64,000 nucleotides of DNA from Hyphomicrobiales bacterium (GTDB lineage: Bacteria > Pseudomonadota > Alphaproteobacteria > Rhizobiales > JACESI01), in the NCBI GenBank assembly GCA_013911885.1, contig JACESI010000004.1, positions 170,026-234,025 on the forward strand. The letters are read 5' to 3'. Position 1 is the first letter of the stretch, and each line of letters starts with the position of its first letter. Positions 9,444 through 18,745 of the stretch are shown here, in pieces. The notes beneath the pieces were generated by a model. The model was not told the origin of the DNA and searched no databases. It worked only from the letters and a program-made list of their open reading frames with translations. The position numbers were made by a program, and so were the translations under genes.

Positions 9444-10646
9444 ATGCTGAATAAAGCCAGACTTTCGCTTGTGGCCTTTGCGTGCCTGCTCGGTGCGAGC
9501 TCTGTGGTCCATATCGATGGTGCCCATGCGGCAAGCTATCAGGAAGAACTCGCAAATTATCGCGCCGCCTATGCGTCTTTCCAGCGCCTTGAGAATGCTT
9601 ACTGGAAAGAGATCGAGCGCAAGAAAGATATCCGCACGGCCAAACGCCAGGCAGGCGTCGCTTTTACCCGCGATGACTTCGTACTGACGCAGCCCCCGAA
9701 ATATACCGGCCCGAAGCGCCCGGTTGATCCGAACGCGCCGCCGCCTGTGAAAAAGCCACCGGAAGAAAGCACCTTGCCGGATGCCGATGAACTGCGCGCC
9801 GCCATCAAAGAATTGTATGGCTGGCACCTGCCGCAATATGAAGAAAGTGTCTTCAAGCTGGCCTTTGCGCGTGAGGCGCTGCGCCATGGGGTTTCCGCCG
9901 AACAGGTGGTTGGTGTCTACGCGCTTGAAACCGGCGGCAAGGGTCCGTTTGACCTTGTTTCCGGCCAGGCGGTTGAGCGCAATGACAAATGCAAGCTGAT
10001 GAAACGCTATGGTCGGCCGCTTTCGACCGCGATTGGCTATTTCCAGCTTCTGAATGCCAATACATCAAGCACGCTCGCCAAGAATGCGGGCGGACCGAAA
10101 GAGCGAAAATTTTCCGAACGTCTTCGCAAACTTGCCGATCAAAGCCGGGGTGGACGCAAGAAGGAGCTGCGCGCTAAAGCCGATATCATCGATCGCATGA
10201 TCCGGGATATGCACAAGGCGCTTGCGCGCATCGATGGGCCGAAGAACAATTGGCGCGAATTCGGCGAACTCGGTCGCACCAAACTCGGCTACGCAATCCA
10301 TGCGCTCAATCTTGACCCGGATGTCGGGCCGATGATCCAGATGGAGAAGCTCGCTTTCGTGCGCACCTATGCGATCAACAAGGGGCTTGGAAACCTTCAG
10401 AGTGATCGGCTGGAATTGCTCAATCTTGTTGGCTATCCGCGCGGCGTGAAAATGCTGGAACCGGTCGCGTATACCGTGCCGACGGCCAACTTCGTATCCG
10501 CGCGCGAAATTAGCTCGAACAGGTCGGTTCTCGGCGACAAGACGGTTGAGGAAGCCGTTCTCAAGATCCGACGGGTGATCGATCTTCGAATGCAGGAATG
10601 TGGATCGATCGAATTCTTCCGGATGTTTGAAAAAGCCGGCGCATAA
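9444..10646 (+). CDS. secreted protein of unknown function (signal peptide, Pro-rich linker, about 270-aa C-terminal domain)
   Basis: 400-aa ORF with signal peptide MLNKARLSLVAFACLLGASSVVHIDGAHA and linker PPKYTGPKRPVDPNAPPPVKKPPEE. It has its own AT-rich upstream region and its own terminator. Confidence 0.75.
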   Translation: MLNKARLSLVAFACLLGASSVVHIDGAHAASYQEELANYRAAYASFQRLENAYWKEIERKKDIRTAKRQAGVAFTRDDFVLTQPPKYTGPKRPVDPNAPPPVKKPPEESTLPDADELRAAIKELYGWHLPQYEESVFKLAFAREALRHGVSAEQVVGVYALETGGKGPFDLVSGQAVERNDKCKLMKRYGRPLSTAIGYFQLLNANTSSTLAKNAGGPKERKFSERLRKLADQSRGGRKKELRAKADIIDRMIRDMHKALARIDGPKNNWREFGELGRTKLGYAIHALNLDPDVGPMIQMEKLAFVRTYAINKGLGNLQSDRLELLNLVGYPRGVKMLEPVAYTVPTANFVSAREISSNRSVLGDKTVEEAVLKIRRVIDLRMQECGSIEFFRMFEKAGA

Positions 10647-10668
10647 GGCAAGATCTGCTGCATGAAAG

Positions 10669-10702
10669 GCCCTGGCGCATTGCGCCGGGGCTTTTTGTTT
10701 TT
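10669..10702 (+). terminator. rho-independent terminator after the 400-aa secreted-protein gene
   Basis: gccctggcg-cattg-cgccggggc followed by tttttgttttt, 23 nt after the stop at 10646. Confidence 0.8.
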
Positions 10703-10755
10703 GGTATTGCCGCCTTGGTCCGGGCCAACCTTAACTCATCTTATGGAGGGTCACT

Positions 10756-10796
10756 TGACTGGCCAAAAGATGACTGGCCAAAAGATAACTGGCACA
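10756..10796. repeat. 15-bp tandem repeat TGACTGGCCAAAAGA x2 plus a degenerate third copy
   Basis: Read directly: tgactggccaaaaga tgactggccaaaaga taactggcaca. Intergenic. Confidence 0.85.
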
Positions 10797-10851
10797 TAGA
10801 ATTCGGATTCAGTCACGCTTCACAAATGATTGCGTTTGCGCGCACATTGCT

Positions 10852-11739
10852 CTAGCGGGTCGGGACCGGCGTTTCGCCTCGATAATCATAAAAACCGCGC
10901 CCGACCTTGCGACCGAGCCATCCTGCTTCAACATATTTCACCAGCAGCGGGCAGGGCCGGTATTTGGTGTCCGACAACCCATCATGCAGCACCTGCATGA
11001 TCGAGAGGCAGGTGTCGAGACCGATAAAATCCGCGAGTTCCAGCGGTCCCATCGGGTGGTTGGTACCGAGCTTCATTGCCGTATCAATCGCATGGATCGA
11101 GCCAACGCCTTCGTAAAGCGTATAGATGGCCTCATTGATCATCGGCATCAAAATGCGATTGACGATGAAGGCGGGAAAATCCTCGGAGACGGCCACGGTC
11201 TTGCCGAGCGATTCGGCAAACCGGTTGCTTTCATCAAAAGTTGCATCGCTGGTCACGATCCCGCGGATCATCTCCACGAGTTTCATGCGCGGCACCGGGT
11301 TCATGAAATGCATGCCGATGAAATCTTCGGGCCTGTCGGTCGCCGCCGCAAGCCGCGTGATCGAGATCGAGGAGGTGTTGGACGCTAGAATGGCGCCCTT
11401 TTTCAAATTTTTGCACACATCGATGAAGATGCTGGTTTTCACCTTCTCGTTCTCAGTTGCCGCCTCAATCACGAGATCACAGCTCGACAGCGCCTTCGTT
11501 GTCTCGACGGTCCTGATCCGCGCCAGTGCCGCGTCGCGGTCCATGGCGCTGAGCTTGCCGGTCTCGACCTGTCGCATCATGTCGCGCTCAATCCGCTCAT
11601 GGCAGAGCGTCAGGCTCTCCGCCTTCATATCCTGGATGAGAATGTCATAGCCGGCCATGGCGGCTGTGTGGGCGATGCCTGAGCCCATCTGTCCCGCACC
11701 GATGATGCCTACCTGTTTTATGCGTCCTGTTTTTTCCAT
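10852..11739 (-). CDS. hbd: 3-hydroxybutyryl-CoA dehydrogenase
   Basis: 295 aa. Has the N-terminal NAD fold VGIIGAGQMGSGIA and 3-hydroxyacyl-CoA dehydrogenase architecture. Sits downstream of etfBA. Confidence 0.9.
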   Translation of the reverse strand: MEKTGRIKQVGIIGAGQMGSGIAHTAAMAGYDILIQDMKAESLTLCHERIERDMMRQVETGKLSAMDRDAALARIRTVETTKALSSCDLVIEAATENEKVKTSIFIDVCKNLKKGAILASNTSSISITRLAAATDRPEDFIGMHFMNPVPRMKLVEMIRGIVTSDATFDESNRFAESLGKTVAVSEDFPAFIVNRILMPMINEAIYTLYEGVGSIHAIDTAMKLGTNHPMGPLELADFIGLDTCLSIMQVLHDGLSDTKYRPCPLLVKYVEAGWLGRKVGRGFYDYRGETPVPTR

Positions 11740-11803
11740 CGTGGATGTCGTCTCGGTTTCTTGTTATCCGGCTTTCCGCCGGTTCGCGCATATCATTGCA
11801 CGG

Positions 11804-11840
11804 AAAAAAAATGCGGTGCAAGAAGTTCTCTTGCACCGCA
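11804..11840 (-). terminator. rho-independent terminator of etfA
   Basis: Minus strand reads TGCGGTGCAAGA-GAACT-TCTTGCACCGCA followed by T8: a perfect 12-bp stem, 31 nt after the etfA stop. Confidence 0.88.
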
Positions 11841-11871
11841 CAAATCAGCGGAAGATTTTGTCAGCTGAGCC

Positions 11872-12810
11872 TCAGGACGCTTCGATGGCGGCTTTGAACT
11901 GTGGCAGGACGTCGAAGAGATCGGCCACCAGACCATAGTCGGCCACCTGGAAAATCGGGGCTTCCTCGTCCTTGTTGATCGCGACGATGACCTTCGAATC
12001 CTTCATGCCCGCGAGATGCTGGATCGCGCCGGAAATGCCCGCGGCAATATAGAGATCGGGGGCCACCACCTTGCCGGTCTGCCCGACCTGCCAGTCGTTC
12101 GGGGCATAGCCCGCGTCCACCGCAGCACGCGACGCACCGATGGCAGCGCCCAGAGCATCGGCGACGGGGATGATTGTTTCCTGAAACTTCTCCGAGGATC
12201 CGAGCGCGCGACCGCCGGAAATGATGATCCGTGCGGAGGTGAGTTCCGGCCTGTCAGACACCGAGAGCGCGTTCGATACGAAGCTCGAAAGATTGGGATC
12301 GGCAACGGCGGCCACACTGTCTATGCCGGCAGAGCCATTGCTTGCAACGGCTGGGAAGCCCGCGGTTCGCACCGTGATAACCTTTTTCGCGTCTGTCGAC
12401 TGCACCGTCTGGATCGCGTTGCCTGCATAAATCGGACGCTCGAACGTGTCCGGGCTTTTGACCGCTGTGATTTCGGAAATCTGCATGACATCAAGAAGGG
12501 CTGCGACCCTCGGCAGGATGTTTTTGCCCGATGTTGTGGCTGGGGCGACAATCGCGTCATAGCCCGATGCTAGTGAGACAATGAGGGCTGCCATCGGTTC
12601 GGCAAGCTGGGCCTCGAGCGCGTCTGCCTCGACCATCAGCACCTTGGCGGCGCCATCGAGCTTGGCTGCGGCGTCGGCGGCGGCCTTGCAGCCTTTGCCT
12701 GCGACGAGGATATCAACCTTGGCGCCGAGGGCGACAGCCGCCGTCATCGCTTTGGCGGTTTCCTCGGAAAGGCCGGCATTTGAATGTTCGGCAATCAGAA
12801 GTGTTGTCAT
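11872..12810 (-). CDS. etfA: electron transfer flavoprotein subunit alpha
   Basis: 312 aa. C-terminal FAD-binding region [19 protein letters not shown]. Adjacent to etfB. Confidence 0.95.
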   Translation of the reverse strand: MTTLLIAEHSNAGLSEETAKAMTAAVALGAKVDILVAGKGCKAAADAAAKLDGAAKVLMVEADALEAQLAEPMAALIVSLASGYDAIVAPATTSGKNILPRVAALLDVMQISEITAVKSPDTFERPIYAGNAIQTVQSTDAKKVITVRTAGFPAVASNGSAGIDSVAAVADPNLSSFVSNALSVSDRPELTSARIIISGGRALGSSEKFQETIIPVADALGAAIGASRAAVDAGYAPNDWQVGQTGKVVAPDLYIAAGISGAIQHLAGMKDSKVIVAINKDEEAPIFQVADYGLVADLFDVLPQFKAAIEAS

Positions 12811-12831
12811 GATGTGATCCTCGCTTGCCGG

Positions 12832-13581
12832 TTAAAGAACGTTGGCTTCGTTTTTCAGCTTGTCGACCAGTTCCTGGACCGAGCCGACCTTGATTCCGGC
12901 CTGGCGTTTCGGCGGTTCCACGGTTGTCATCACCCTGAGGCGTGGTTTTATGTCGACGCCGTAATCAGCGGGGGTCTTCTCATCCAGCGGTTTCTTTTTC
13001 GCCTTCATGATGTTCGGCAGCGAGGCATAGCGCGGTTCGTTGAGGCGAAGGTCCGTGGTGACGATGGCGGGCAGCTTGACCTTGATGGTCTGAAGACCGC
13101 CGTCAACCTCGCGCGTGACCGATGCTTCGCCGCCTTCCAAGACAATCTTTGAGGCGAAAGTTGCCTGTGACCAGCCGAGCAGGGCCGACAGCATCTGCCC
13201 GGTCTGGTTGCTGTCGTCGTCGATTGCCTGTTTGCCGGCAATGACGAGATCTGGTTTTTCCGCATCGACGATTGCCTTCAGGATTTTTGCAACAGCGAGC
13301 GGTTCGACCGCCTCATCGGTCTTGACCAGAATGGCACGGTCGGCGCCCATGGCAAGCGCGGTGCGCAATGTCTCCTGCGCCTGCTGCGGTCCGATCGAAA
13401 CGGCGATGATTTCTTCCGCCTTTCCCGCTTCCTTGATACGGATCGCCTCTTCGACGGAGATTTCGTCGAACGGGTTCATCGACATTTTCACATTGGCGAG
13501 CTCAACGCCGGAACCGTCCGCTTTGACGCGGATTTTCACATTGTAATCGACAACCCTTTTCACGGGGACCAAGATCTTCAT
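12832..13581 (-). CDS. etfB: electron transfer flavoprotein subunit beta
   Basis: 249 aa. [19 protein letters not shown] is the typical EtfB N-terminus. Confidence 0.95.
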   Translation of the reverse strand: MKILVPVKRVVDYNVKIRVKADGSGVELANVKMSMNPFDEISVEEAIRIKEAGKAEEIIAVSIGPQQAQETLRTALAMGADRAILVKTDEAVEPLAVAKILKAIVDAEKPDLVIAGKQAIDDDSNQTGQMLSALLGWSQATFASKIVLEGGEASVTREVDGGLQTIKVKLPAIVTTDLRLNEPRYASLPNIMKAKKKPLDEKTPADYGVDIKPRLRVMTTVEPPKRQAGIKVGSVQELVDKLKNEANVL

Positions 13582-13783
13582 GGGTTACCTTCCCTTGCAT
13601 TCCCGACGCAGCTGACCCTAAGGCCAAGAAGACGGCAGGTTTTCCAGTCTCAAACGAGCGATGCCGGACGGTAAGCATGCGCGAAAAACCTGTCAACAGG
13701 GCATCGCATCCCGCGTCGCGTTCGCGGTCTTCCACCGGATTTCGAACGCTGCCAGATGCGTGCTGTTTCCGGCCCAACCATGA

Positions 13784-14500
13784 TCAGCTTTTGGAGCTTT
13801 CCTGATCAGTGAGGCGCGCTGAAAGCGCGCGGTCGAAGAGCAGCGTATGGCGGTGCTTGAGGAACACCACAAGAATGCCGCCGGCGATGATCCCGCCGAC
13901 ATGGGCACTCCAGGAGACCGTGCTATCGGCTGCGAAAAGAAACTGGAAAACCTGAAGCGAGATCCACGCGCCGAGACACCATCGAGCGGTGATCGGAAGC
14001 GGTATTTTGCCAAAGGCAAGGACCCACACACGCATGCGCGGATGAAGCATGAGATAGGCTGCGACAACCCCGGCGACCGCGCCGGATGCGCCGATCAGCG
14101 GGGCCGTGGCATCAGGAAAGACAGCGACATGAAGCAAGCCCGCGCAAAACGCCGAGGCGAGATAAAATATCAGGTATTTCACGTGGCCCATGGCATCTTC
14201 AACATTATCGCCGAAGACCCAGAGAAAAACCATGTTGCCGCCAAGATGCAGCAGGCTGCTATGCAGAAAAGCATAAGACAGCAGGCTGACCTCGGCCGGC
14301 ACCCAGATTGCTGCCTCCGGCAGGACCGCGTAATGATTGATGAGCGCCGGAATAAGACCGAGCGACAGCGCGACATTGCCGGTGCCCTGCGGCAGTTGGA
14401 GCCCGATGAAGGCGATCAAATTTGCTGCGATCAATGCGAGATTGACGAAGGGTCTTCGAATATTCACAAGCGGCTTGCCGTCATAAATCGGAATGAACAT
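13784..14500 (-). CDS. rhomboid family intramembrane serine protease
   Basis: ORF 13784..14542 trimmed to the ATG at 14500 (MFIPIYDG). Multi-TM, with catalytic-type GASGAVAG and AHVGGIIAG motifs. Confidence 0.85.
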   Translation of the reverse strand: MFIPIYDGKPLVNIRRPFVNLALIAANLIAFIGLQLPQGTGNVALSLGLIPALINHYAVLPEAAIWVPAEVSLLSYAFLHSSLLHLGGNMVFLWVFGDNVEDAMGHVKYLIFYLASAFCAGLLHVAVFPDATAPLIGASGAVAGVVAAYLMLHPRMRVWVLAFGKIPLPITARWCLGAWISLQVFQFLFAADSTVSWSAHVGGIIAGGILVVFLKHRHTLLFDRALSARLTDQESSKS

Positions 14501-14627
14501 TGCAAAGTCCTGACTTGCGGGATCAAATGAGCCGTGGCGCATGGATAGGCTGGGCGATCATGTCGGTCTGTCTCGTGTCTGTAAAGCTGCTTTCCTTCAT
14601 TGAAACAGACCGTTCGAAAGGCATGAA

Positions 14628-15641
14628 ATGAGACCCGGCCCACGCAACCTGATCACGGATGTCGATGGTCTTCTGGTCGGCAATGCCGAGGACGAGGGCC
14701 TCAAATCCGGGACGACGGTCCTCACCGCCGACGCGCCATTTCTTGCGAGCGTCGACGTAATGGGCGGCGCACCCGGAACGCGGGAGACGGATCTGCTTGC
14801 GCCTGACAAGACAGTCGAGGCTGTCGATGCGCTCGTTCTGTCGGGTGGATCTGCTTATGGGCTTGATGCGGCCTGTGGCGTGGTCGCGGCCCTGCGGCAG
14901 GCGGGACGCGGCTTGCGGGTCGAAGATCCTCGCGTCGGTAAAGCAATCGTGCCGATTGTGCCGGCGGCGATCCTGTTCGATCTTTTGAACGGGGGCAACA
15001 AGCAATGGCATGAAAACCCCTATCCCATGCTTGGCCGCCGGGCCTTCGAGGCGGCCGAGCGTGATTTTGCGATCGGCAGCGTCGGCGCGGGGACAGGGGC
15101 GCTTGCCGCCTCTTGCAAGGGTGGTCTCGGATCGGCCTCGCTCGTGCTCGAAAACGGCATGACGGTCGGTGCGCTCGTCGCGGTCAATCCGTTCGGCAGC
15201 GTGACGACGCCCGACAGGCGGCATTTCTGGGCGGCACCCTTCGAGATCGGCAATGAATTCGGCGGGTTCGGAATTGACCCGCGCGCTGGTCTGGCGTTTC
15301 GGCCCGTGAGCCTTAAACATGCCGCTTTCAGCGATGGCGCGAACACCACGATTGCCATCGTCGCCACCGATGCCATTCTGACCAAGCCGCAGGCAAAGCG
15401 CATGGCCGTTGCCGCGCAGGACGGGATCGCACGGGCGATTGTACCGGCGCATACCCCGTTTGACGGCGATCTTGTTTTCGCGGTTGCAAGCGGCAGACGG
15501 CGGATGTCCGCGCCGGCGGTTGATCTTCTCGAAATCGGTCATGCCGCGGCACTTTGCCTCAGCCGGGCGATCGCGCGCGGGGTCTTTGCCGCCCGCAGCG
15601 CCCCGGGTGACCGGCTTCCGGTTCACGCGCAACTCAGATGA
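14628..15641 (+). CDS. P1/S58 family peptidase (DmpA-type aminopeptidase)
   Basis: 337 aa with ITDVDGLLVGN, GGAPGTRETD, LSGGSAYGL and GANTTIAIVATDA (self-processing site type). Confidence 0.85.
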   Translation: MRPGPRNLITDVDGLLVGNAEDEGLKSGTTVLTADAPFLASVDVMGGAPGTRETDLLAPDKTVEAVDALVLSGGSAYGLDAACGVVAALRQAGRGLRVEDPRVGKAIVPIVPAAILFDLLNGGNKQWHENPYPMLGRRAFEAAERDFAIGSVGAGTGALAASCKGGLGSASLVLENGMTVGALVAVNPFGSVTTPDRRHFWAAPFEIGNEFGGFGIDPRAGLAFRPVSLKHAAFSDGANTTIAIVATDAILTKPQAKRMAVAAQDGIARAIVPAHTPFDGDLVFAVASGRRRMSAPAVDLLEIGHAAALCLSRAIARGVFAARSAPGDRLPVHAQLR

Positions 15642-16482
15642 TGTCAAGCGGCACGGGCGCGCGTGGCGGCGGAAAGGCCGCATCGATGCGTGCGCGTTGC
15701 GCCTCGCTCAGGCCATGGGTGGAAGCGGCAGCGAGTGCCTCGACATGGGCTTTGGTCGAGGCTTTCGGGATCGGCAGTGCATGGCCAAGTGCCATGTGCC
15801 ATGAAAGGGCGAGGGCGGCCGGACTCAATCCGGCTTCGGCGGCGATCTCTGTGAATGCCTTGTTCGCTCTCATCAAGCGGGGTTCGATCGGGGTATAGGC
15901 GATGCAGGCAACATTATGCATACCCATGAGCGGCAGGAGATCGAATTCGATGCCGCGGCGTGCTGGATTATACATGACCTGATTGACATCGATCATGCCG
16001 CTCAGCTCCTCGCCCATTATGCTTGCGAATTCTGCCGTGTTGAAATTGCTGATACCGAAGGCTTTGATTTTTCCTGATTGCAGGAGTTCCGCCGCGCCGT
16101 GGAGCGTGCGTTCGATCGGGACCGCGCCGGGCCAATGGAGGAGATAGAGATCGAGATAATCGGTTCCGAGCGCGCGCAACGAGCGCTCGCAGGCGCGATG
16201 CATATCGACCGGCTCTGCGTGATGGGGGTAGAATTTCGAGGTGATGAAAAGGCTCTCCCGCTCATAACCCCGAAGCGCTTCGCCGATCAGTTTCTCAGTG
16301 TCGCCATCGCCATACATTTCCGCCGTGTCGATGTGGCGAAAGCCGAGGTCGAGGGCATGGCGCAGGACGGCGATTTCATCCGCCCATGCGCTGCGGCTTT
16401 CCGCAAGGCGCCAGGTACCGAAACCAAGGCGCGGCATGGTGAGGCCGGATTTAAGCGTGATGGTTTCGGCGTTTGCCTGCAT
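15634..16482 (-). CDS. aldo/keto reductase
   Basis: 282 aa with GFGTW, HIDTAEMYG and LLHWP motifs. Its 3' end overlaps the convergent peptidase gene by 8 nt. Confidence 0.9.
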   Translation of the reverse strand: MQANAETITLKSGLTMPRLGFGTWRLAESRSAWADEIAVLRHALDLGFRHIDTAEMYGDGDTEKLIGEALRGYERESLFITSKFYPHHAEPVDMHRACERSLRALGTDYLDLYLLHWPGAVPIERTLHGAAELLQSGKIKAFGISNFNTAEFASIMGEELSGMIDVNQVMYNPARRGIEFDLLPLMGMHNVACIAYTPIEPRLMRANKAFTEIAAEAGLSPAALALSWHMALGHALPIPKASTKAHVEALAAASTHGLSEAQRARIDAAFPPPRAPVPLDII

Positions 16483-16564
16483 CTTGAATTTCCGTTCCTG
16501 GTACTTTCCCCGACCGTCTCACCCCGTGAGCAATGAAAAGACCATCGCGTTCTGTCAAGGTCGC

Positions 16565-18496
16565 TCAGGCGATCGGCGCGCCATCTTCCCGACTGATCGC
16601 GATGACGCAGGAGCGCGGGACGCTGTCCCCGCCATCGGGGAAATGGCTTCCATTGCCGCCATTTTCACCCGGATGCTGAATGCCGACGAAAACGGTTCGC
16701 CCATCTTCGCTCACAGCGTGGCCGGTGATCTCACACTCGCGCGGGCCGACCAGGAAACGCCGGATTTCGCCGGTTTGGGTGTCGCCGACAAGCATCTGAT
16801 TGTTGCCCATTCCGGCGAAGGGACCGGCATTCGTATCGTCGCCATCGGTTTGAATCCACAGCATGCCCGACCGGTCGAAGGCAATGCCGTCGGGCGCGTT
16901 GAACATGTTGTCGGCATTGATATTGGCCGAACCGGCCTCAAGGCCTGAGCGTATTGCCGGATTTCCTGCAAGAACGAAGAGTGTCCAGTCAAAGCCCGTG
17001 GCCGCGTGGTCGCCTCCCGCGGGACTCCAGCGCACGATCTGGCCATATTCGTTCATCGCGCGGGGGTTGACCCCGTCCACGGGCATCGGATCATCCCCGG
17101 CATTCGTCTTCACGCCCCGGTTCTTGTTGTTGGTGAGCGCGCAATAGACTTCGGCCTTGTGCGGATGGGCAGCGACCCATTCCGGGCGGTCCATGGTGGT
17201 CGCTTTTACCATTGAAGCCGCCTTGCGCGTGAAGATGCAGATTTCAGCGCTGCTCTTCATGCCGGTGGTGGCGGGTGTCAGCGGCAGCCATTCGCCGCTG
17301 CCATCGGCGTGAAATTTCGCCGCTGAAAGTGTGCCTTCATCAAGCAGCCGGTCATGGGGGGAACCGGGCACATAGGCATCATTGCTGACAAAACGGTAGA
17401 GATATTCGCCGCGCTCATCATCGCCCAGATAGACCACGACGCGGCCATCCTTTGCGATCACGACTTCCGCATTTTCATGTTTGAAGCGGCCGAGGGCCGT
17501 GCGTTTCTTCGGCGTGGCGTTCGGGTCCATCGGATCAAGCTCGACCACATAGCCGAAGCGGTGGCATTCATTCGGCTCGCGCTCGATGTTGAAGCGCTCA
17601 TCGACCTTCTCCCAGCCATAGCCGCGGTTCCTGCCGCCAATACCGTAGCGAAGCTGCTGGCCTTTCGGTTTGAACGCCGGGTTGGGATGGGTGAAATAGG
17701 CGTTGAAATTCTCCTCGCAGGACAAAAAAGTTCCCCAGGGGGTGCGCCCGCTGCCACAATTGTTGAAAGTTCCAAGAACAGTGGCAGCGCTCGGGTCGGC
17801 GCTTGTTTTCAGAAGATCGTGCCCGCGGGCGGGGCCGGTGATCTCCATTGGCGTCAGCGGCGTGATGCGCCGGTTGACGGGCGAATCGAGAACAATGGAC
17901 CAGCCGGCTTCGCCTGCGCCTGACGGCGTCTTTACAATCTCCACGATACTGATGCCATGAGCATGCATGCCCTTGATGATGTCGTCTTCCGATTCGGGCA
18001 GGCCGCTTTCCCGGTTGCTCCACATGATTTTTTCATTGGTGTATTCGTTATTGCAGACGAGAACCATGCGCCCGTCCGTCTCAAACAGCGCCATGCCATC
18101 GTTGTTGTCGCCAAAGGCGCGGGCCTGCGAGGCGGCGGTGCCGCGGGTCAACGGCTGAAAGTCCGGCGCATCCGACCAGAGAGGCTCTCCCCACCGGGCA
18201 ACGATTTCCCAGCGATAGCCTTCCGGAACGGTGACCGTATCAAGCGTGTTTGCCGCAATCGCGCGGAACGCGAAGCGTTCGCCGGAAAGAGCGGCTCCAG
18301 CGGGGACGGCAAAACCGGTCGCTGTCAGAAAGCCTGCCGTGCCAACGAGAAGCGCGCCCGACAAGAAGCCGCGACGCGACAGCGCCAGATCGACGACATC
18401 ATCAAAATCCTGATGTTCCGGTCTTGGAAAATTGATTTCGTCGTGCGCGTCGAAGGAGACCGGCGGGTCAAGGACGAGACGGCGGAGATTATTCAT
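16565..18496 (-). CDS. phoX: PhoX-family (DUF839) phosphatase with twin-arginine signal
   Basis: ORF 16565..18685 (GTG) trimmed to the ATG at 18496 (MNNLRRL). Tat motif is SRRGFLSGALLVGTAG. Large beta-propeller-type PhoX body. The start choice is uncertain. Confidence 0.85.
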   Translation of the reverse strand: MNNLRRLVLDPPVSFDAHDEINFPRPEHQDFDDVVDLALSRRGFLSGALLVGTAGFLTATGFAVPAGAALSGERFAFRAIAANTLDTVTVPEGYRWEIVARWGEPLWSDAPDFQPLTRGTAASQARAFGDNNDGMALFETDGRMVLVCNNEYTNEKIMWSNRESGLPESEDDIIKGMHAHGISIVEIVKTPSGAGEAGWSIVLDSPVNRRITPLTPMEITGPARGHDLLKTSADPSAATVLGTFNNCGSGRTPWGTFLSCEENFNAYFTHPNPAFKPKGQQLRYGIGGRNRGYGWEKVDERFNIEREPNECHRFGYVVELDPMDPNATPKKRTALGRFKHENAEVVIAKDGRVVVYLGDDERGEYLYRFVSNDAYVPGSPHDRLLDEGTLSAAKFHADGSGEWLPLTPATTGMKSSAEICIFTRKAASMVKATTMDRPEWVAAHPHKAEVYCALTNNKNRGVKTNAGDDPMPVDGVNPRAMNEYGQIVRWSPAGGDHAATGFDWTLFVLAGNPAIRSGLEAGSANINADNMFNAPDGIAFDRSGMLWIQTDGDDTNAGPFAGMGNNQMLVGDTQTGEIRRFLVGPRECEITGHAVSEDGRTVFVGIQHPGENGGNGSHFPDGGDSVPRSCVIAISREDGAPIA

Positions 18497-18549
18497 GCGT
18501 TGCTCCAGAAAGTCTATCGCACTTCTGACGAGGCTTCTATGGCCCGGAC

Positions 18550-18567
18550 ATAATAGTTTCATGACAC
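18550..18567 (-). promoter_or_regulatory. candidate Pho box upstream of phoX
   Basis: Minus strand reads GTGTCAT-GAAA-CTATTAT. This matches the CTGTCAT-N4-CTGTCAT type PhoB site at 6/7 and 5/7 positions, about 55-70 nt upstream of the ATG at 18496. Confidence 0.3.
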
Positions 18568-18685
18568 GAGGTGCGTTGCGCCATGCCGGATCGGTAGATA
18601 TCGGAGCATGACTTTCGAATGGGACCAGATAATGGTCGGCCAGTACCCGGCCAGTAGCTGGGAAAATCACGTCGAAGCCGCACAC

Positions 18686-18716
18686 AAAAAAGCCACCCTT
18701 TGAGGGGCGGCTTTTC
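18686..18716 (-). terminator. rho-independent terminator of the MCP gene
   Basis: Minus-strand RNA reads GCCGCCC-CUCAAA-GGGUGGC (one G-U pair) followed by U6, about 30 nt after the stop at 18746. Confidence 0.8.
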
Positions 18717-18745
18717 AGAAGCAGTCAGGCTTGCGAAAGCTGCGG

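Noticed and set aside
14523-15683. 386-aa minus-strand ORF covering the whole DmpA-type peptidase gene
   Set aside because: It is Arg/Pro-rich, low-complexity and has no motifs. This is typical of an antisense ORF in GC-rich DNA, and the plus-strand ORF has clear peptidase motifs.
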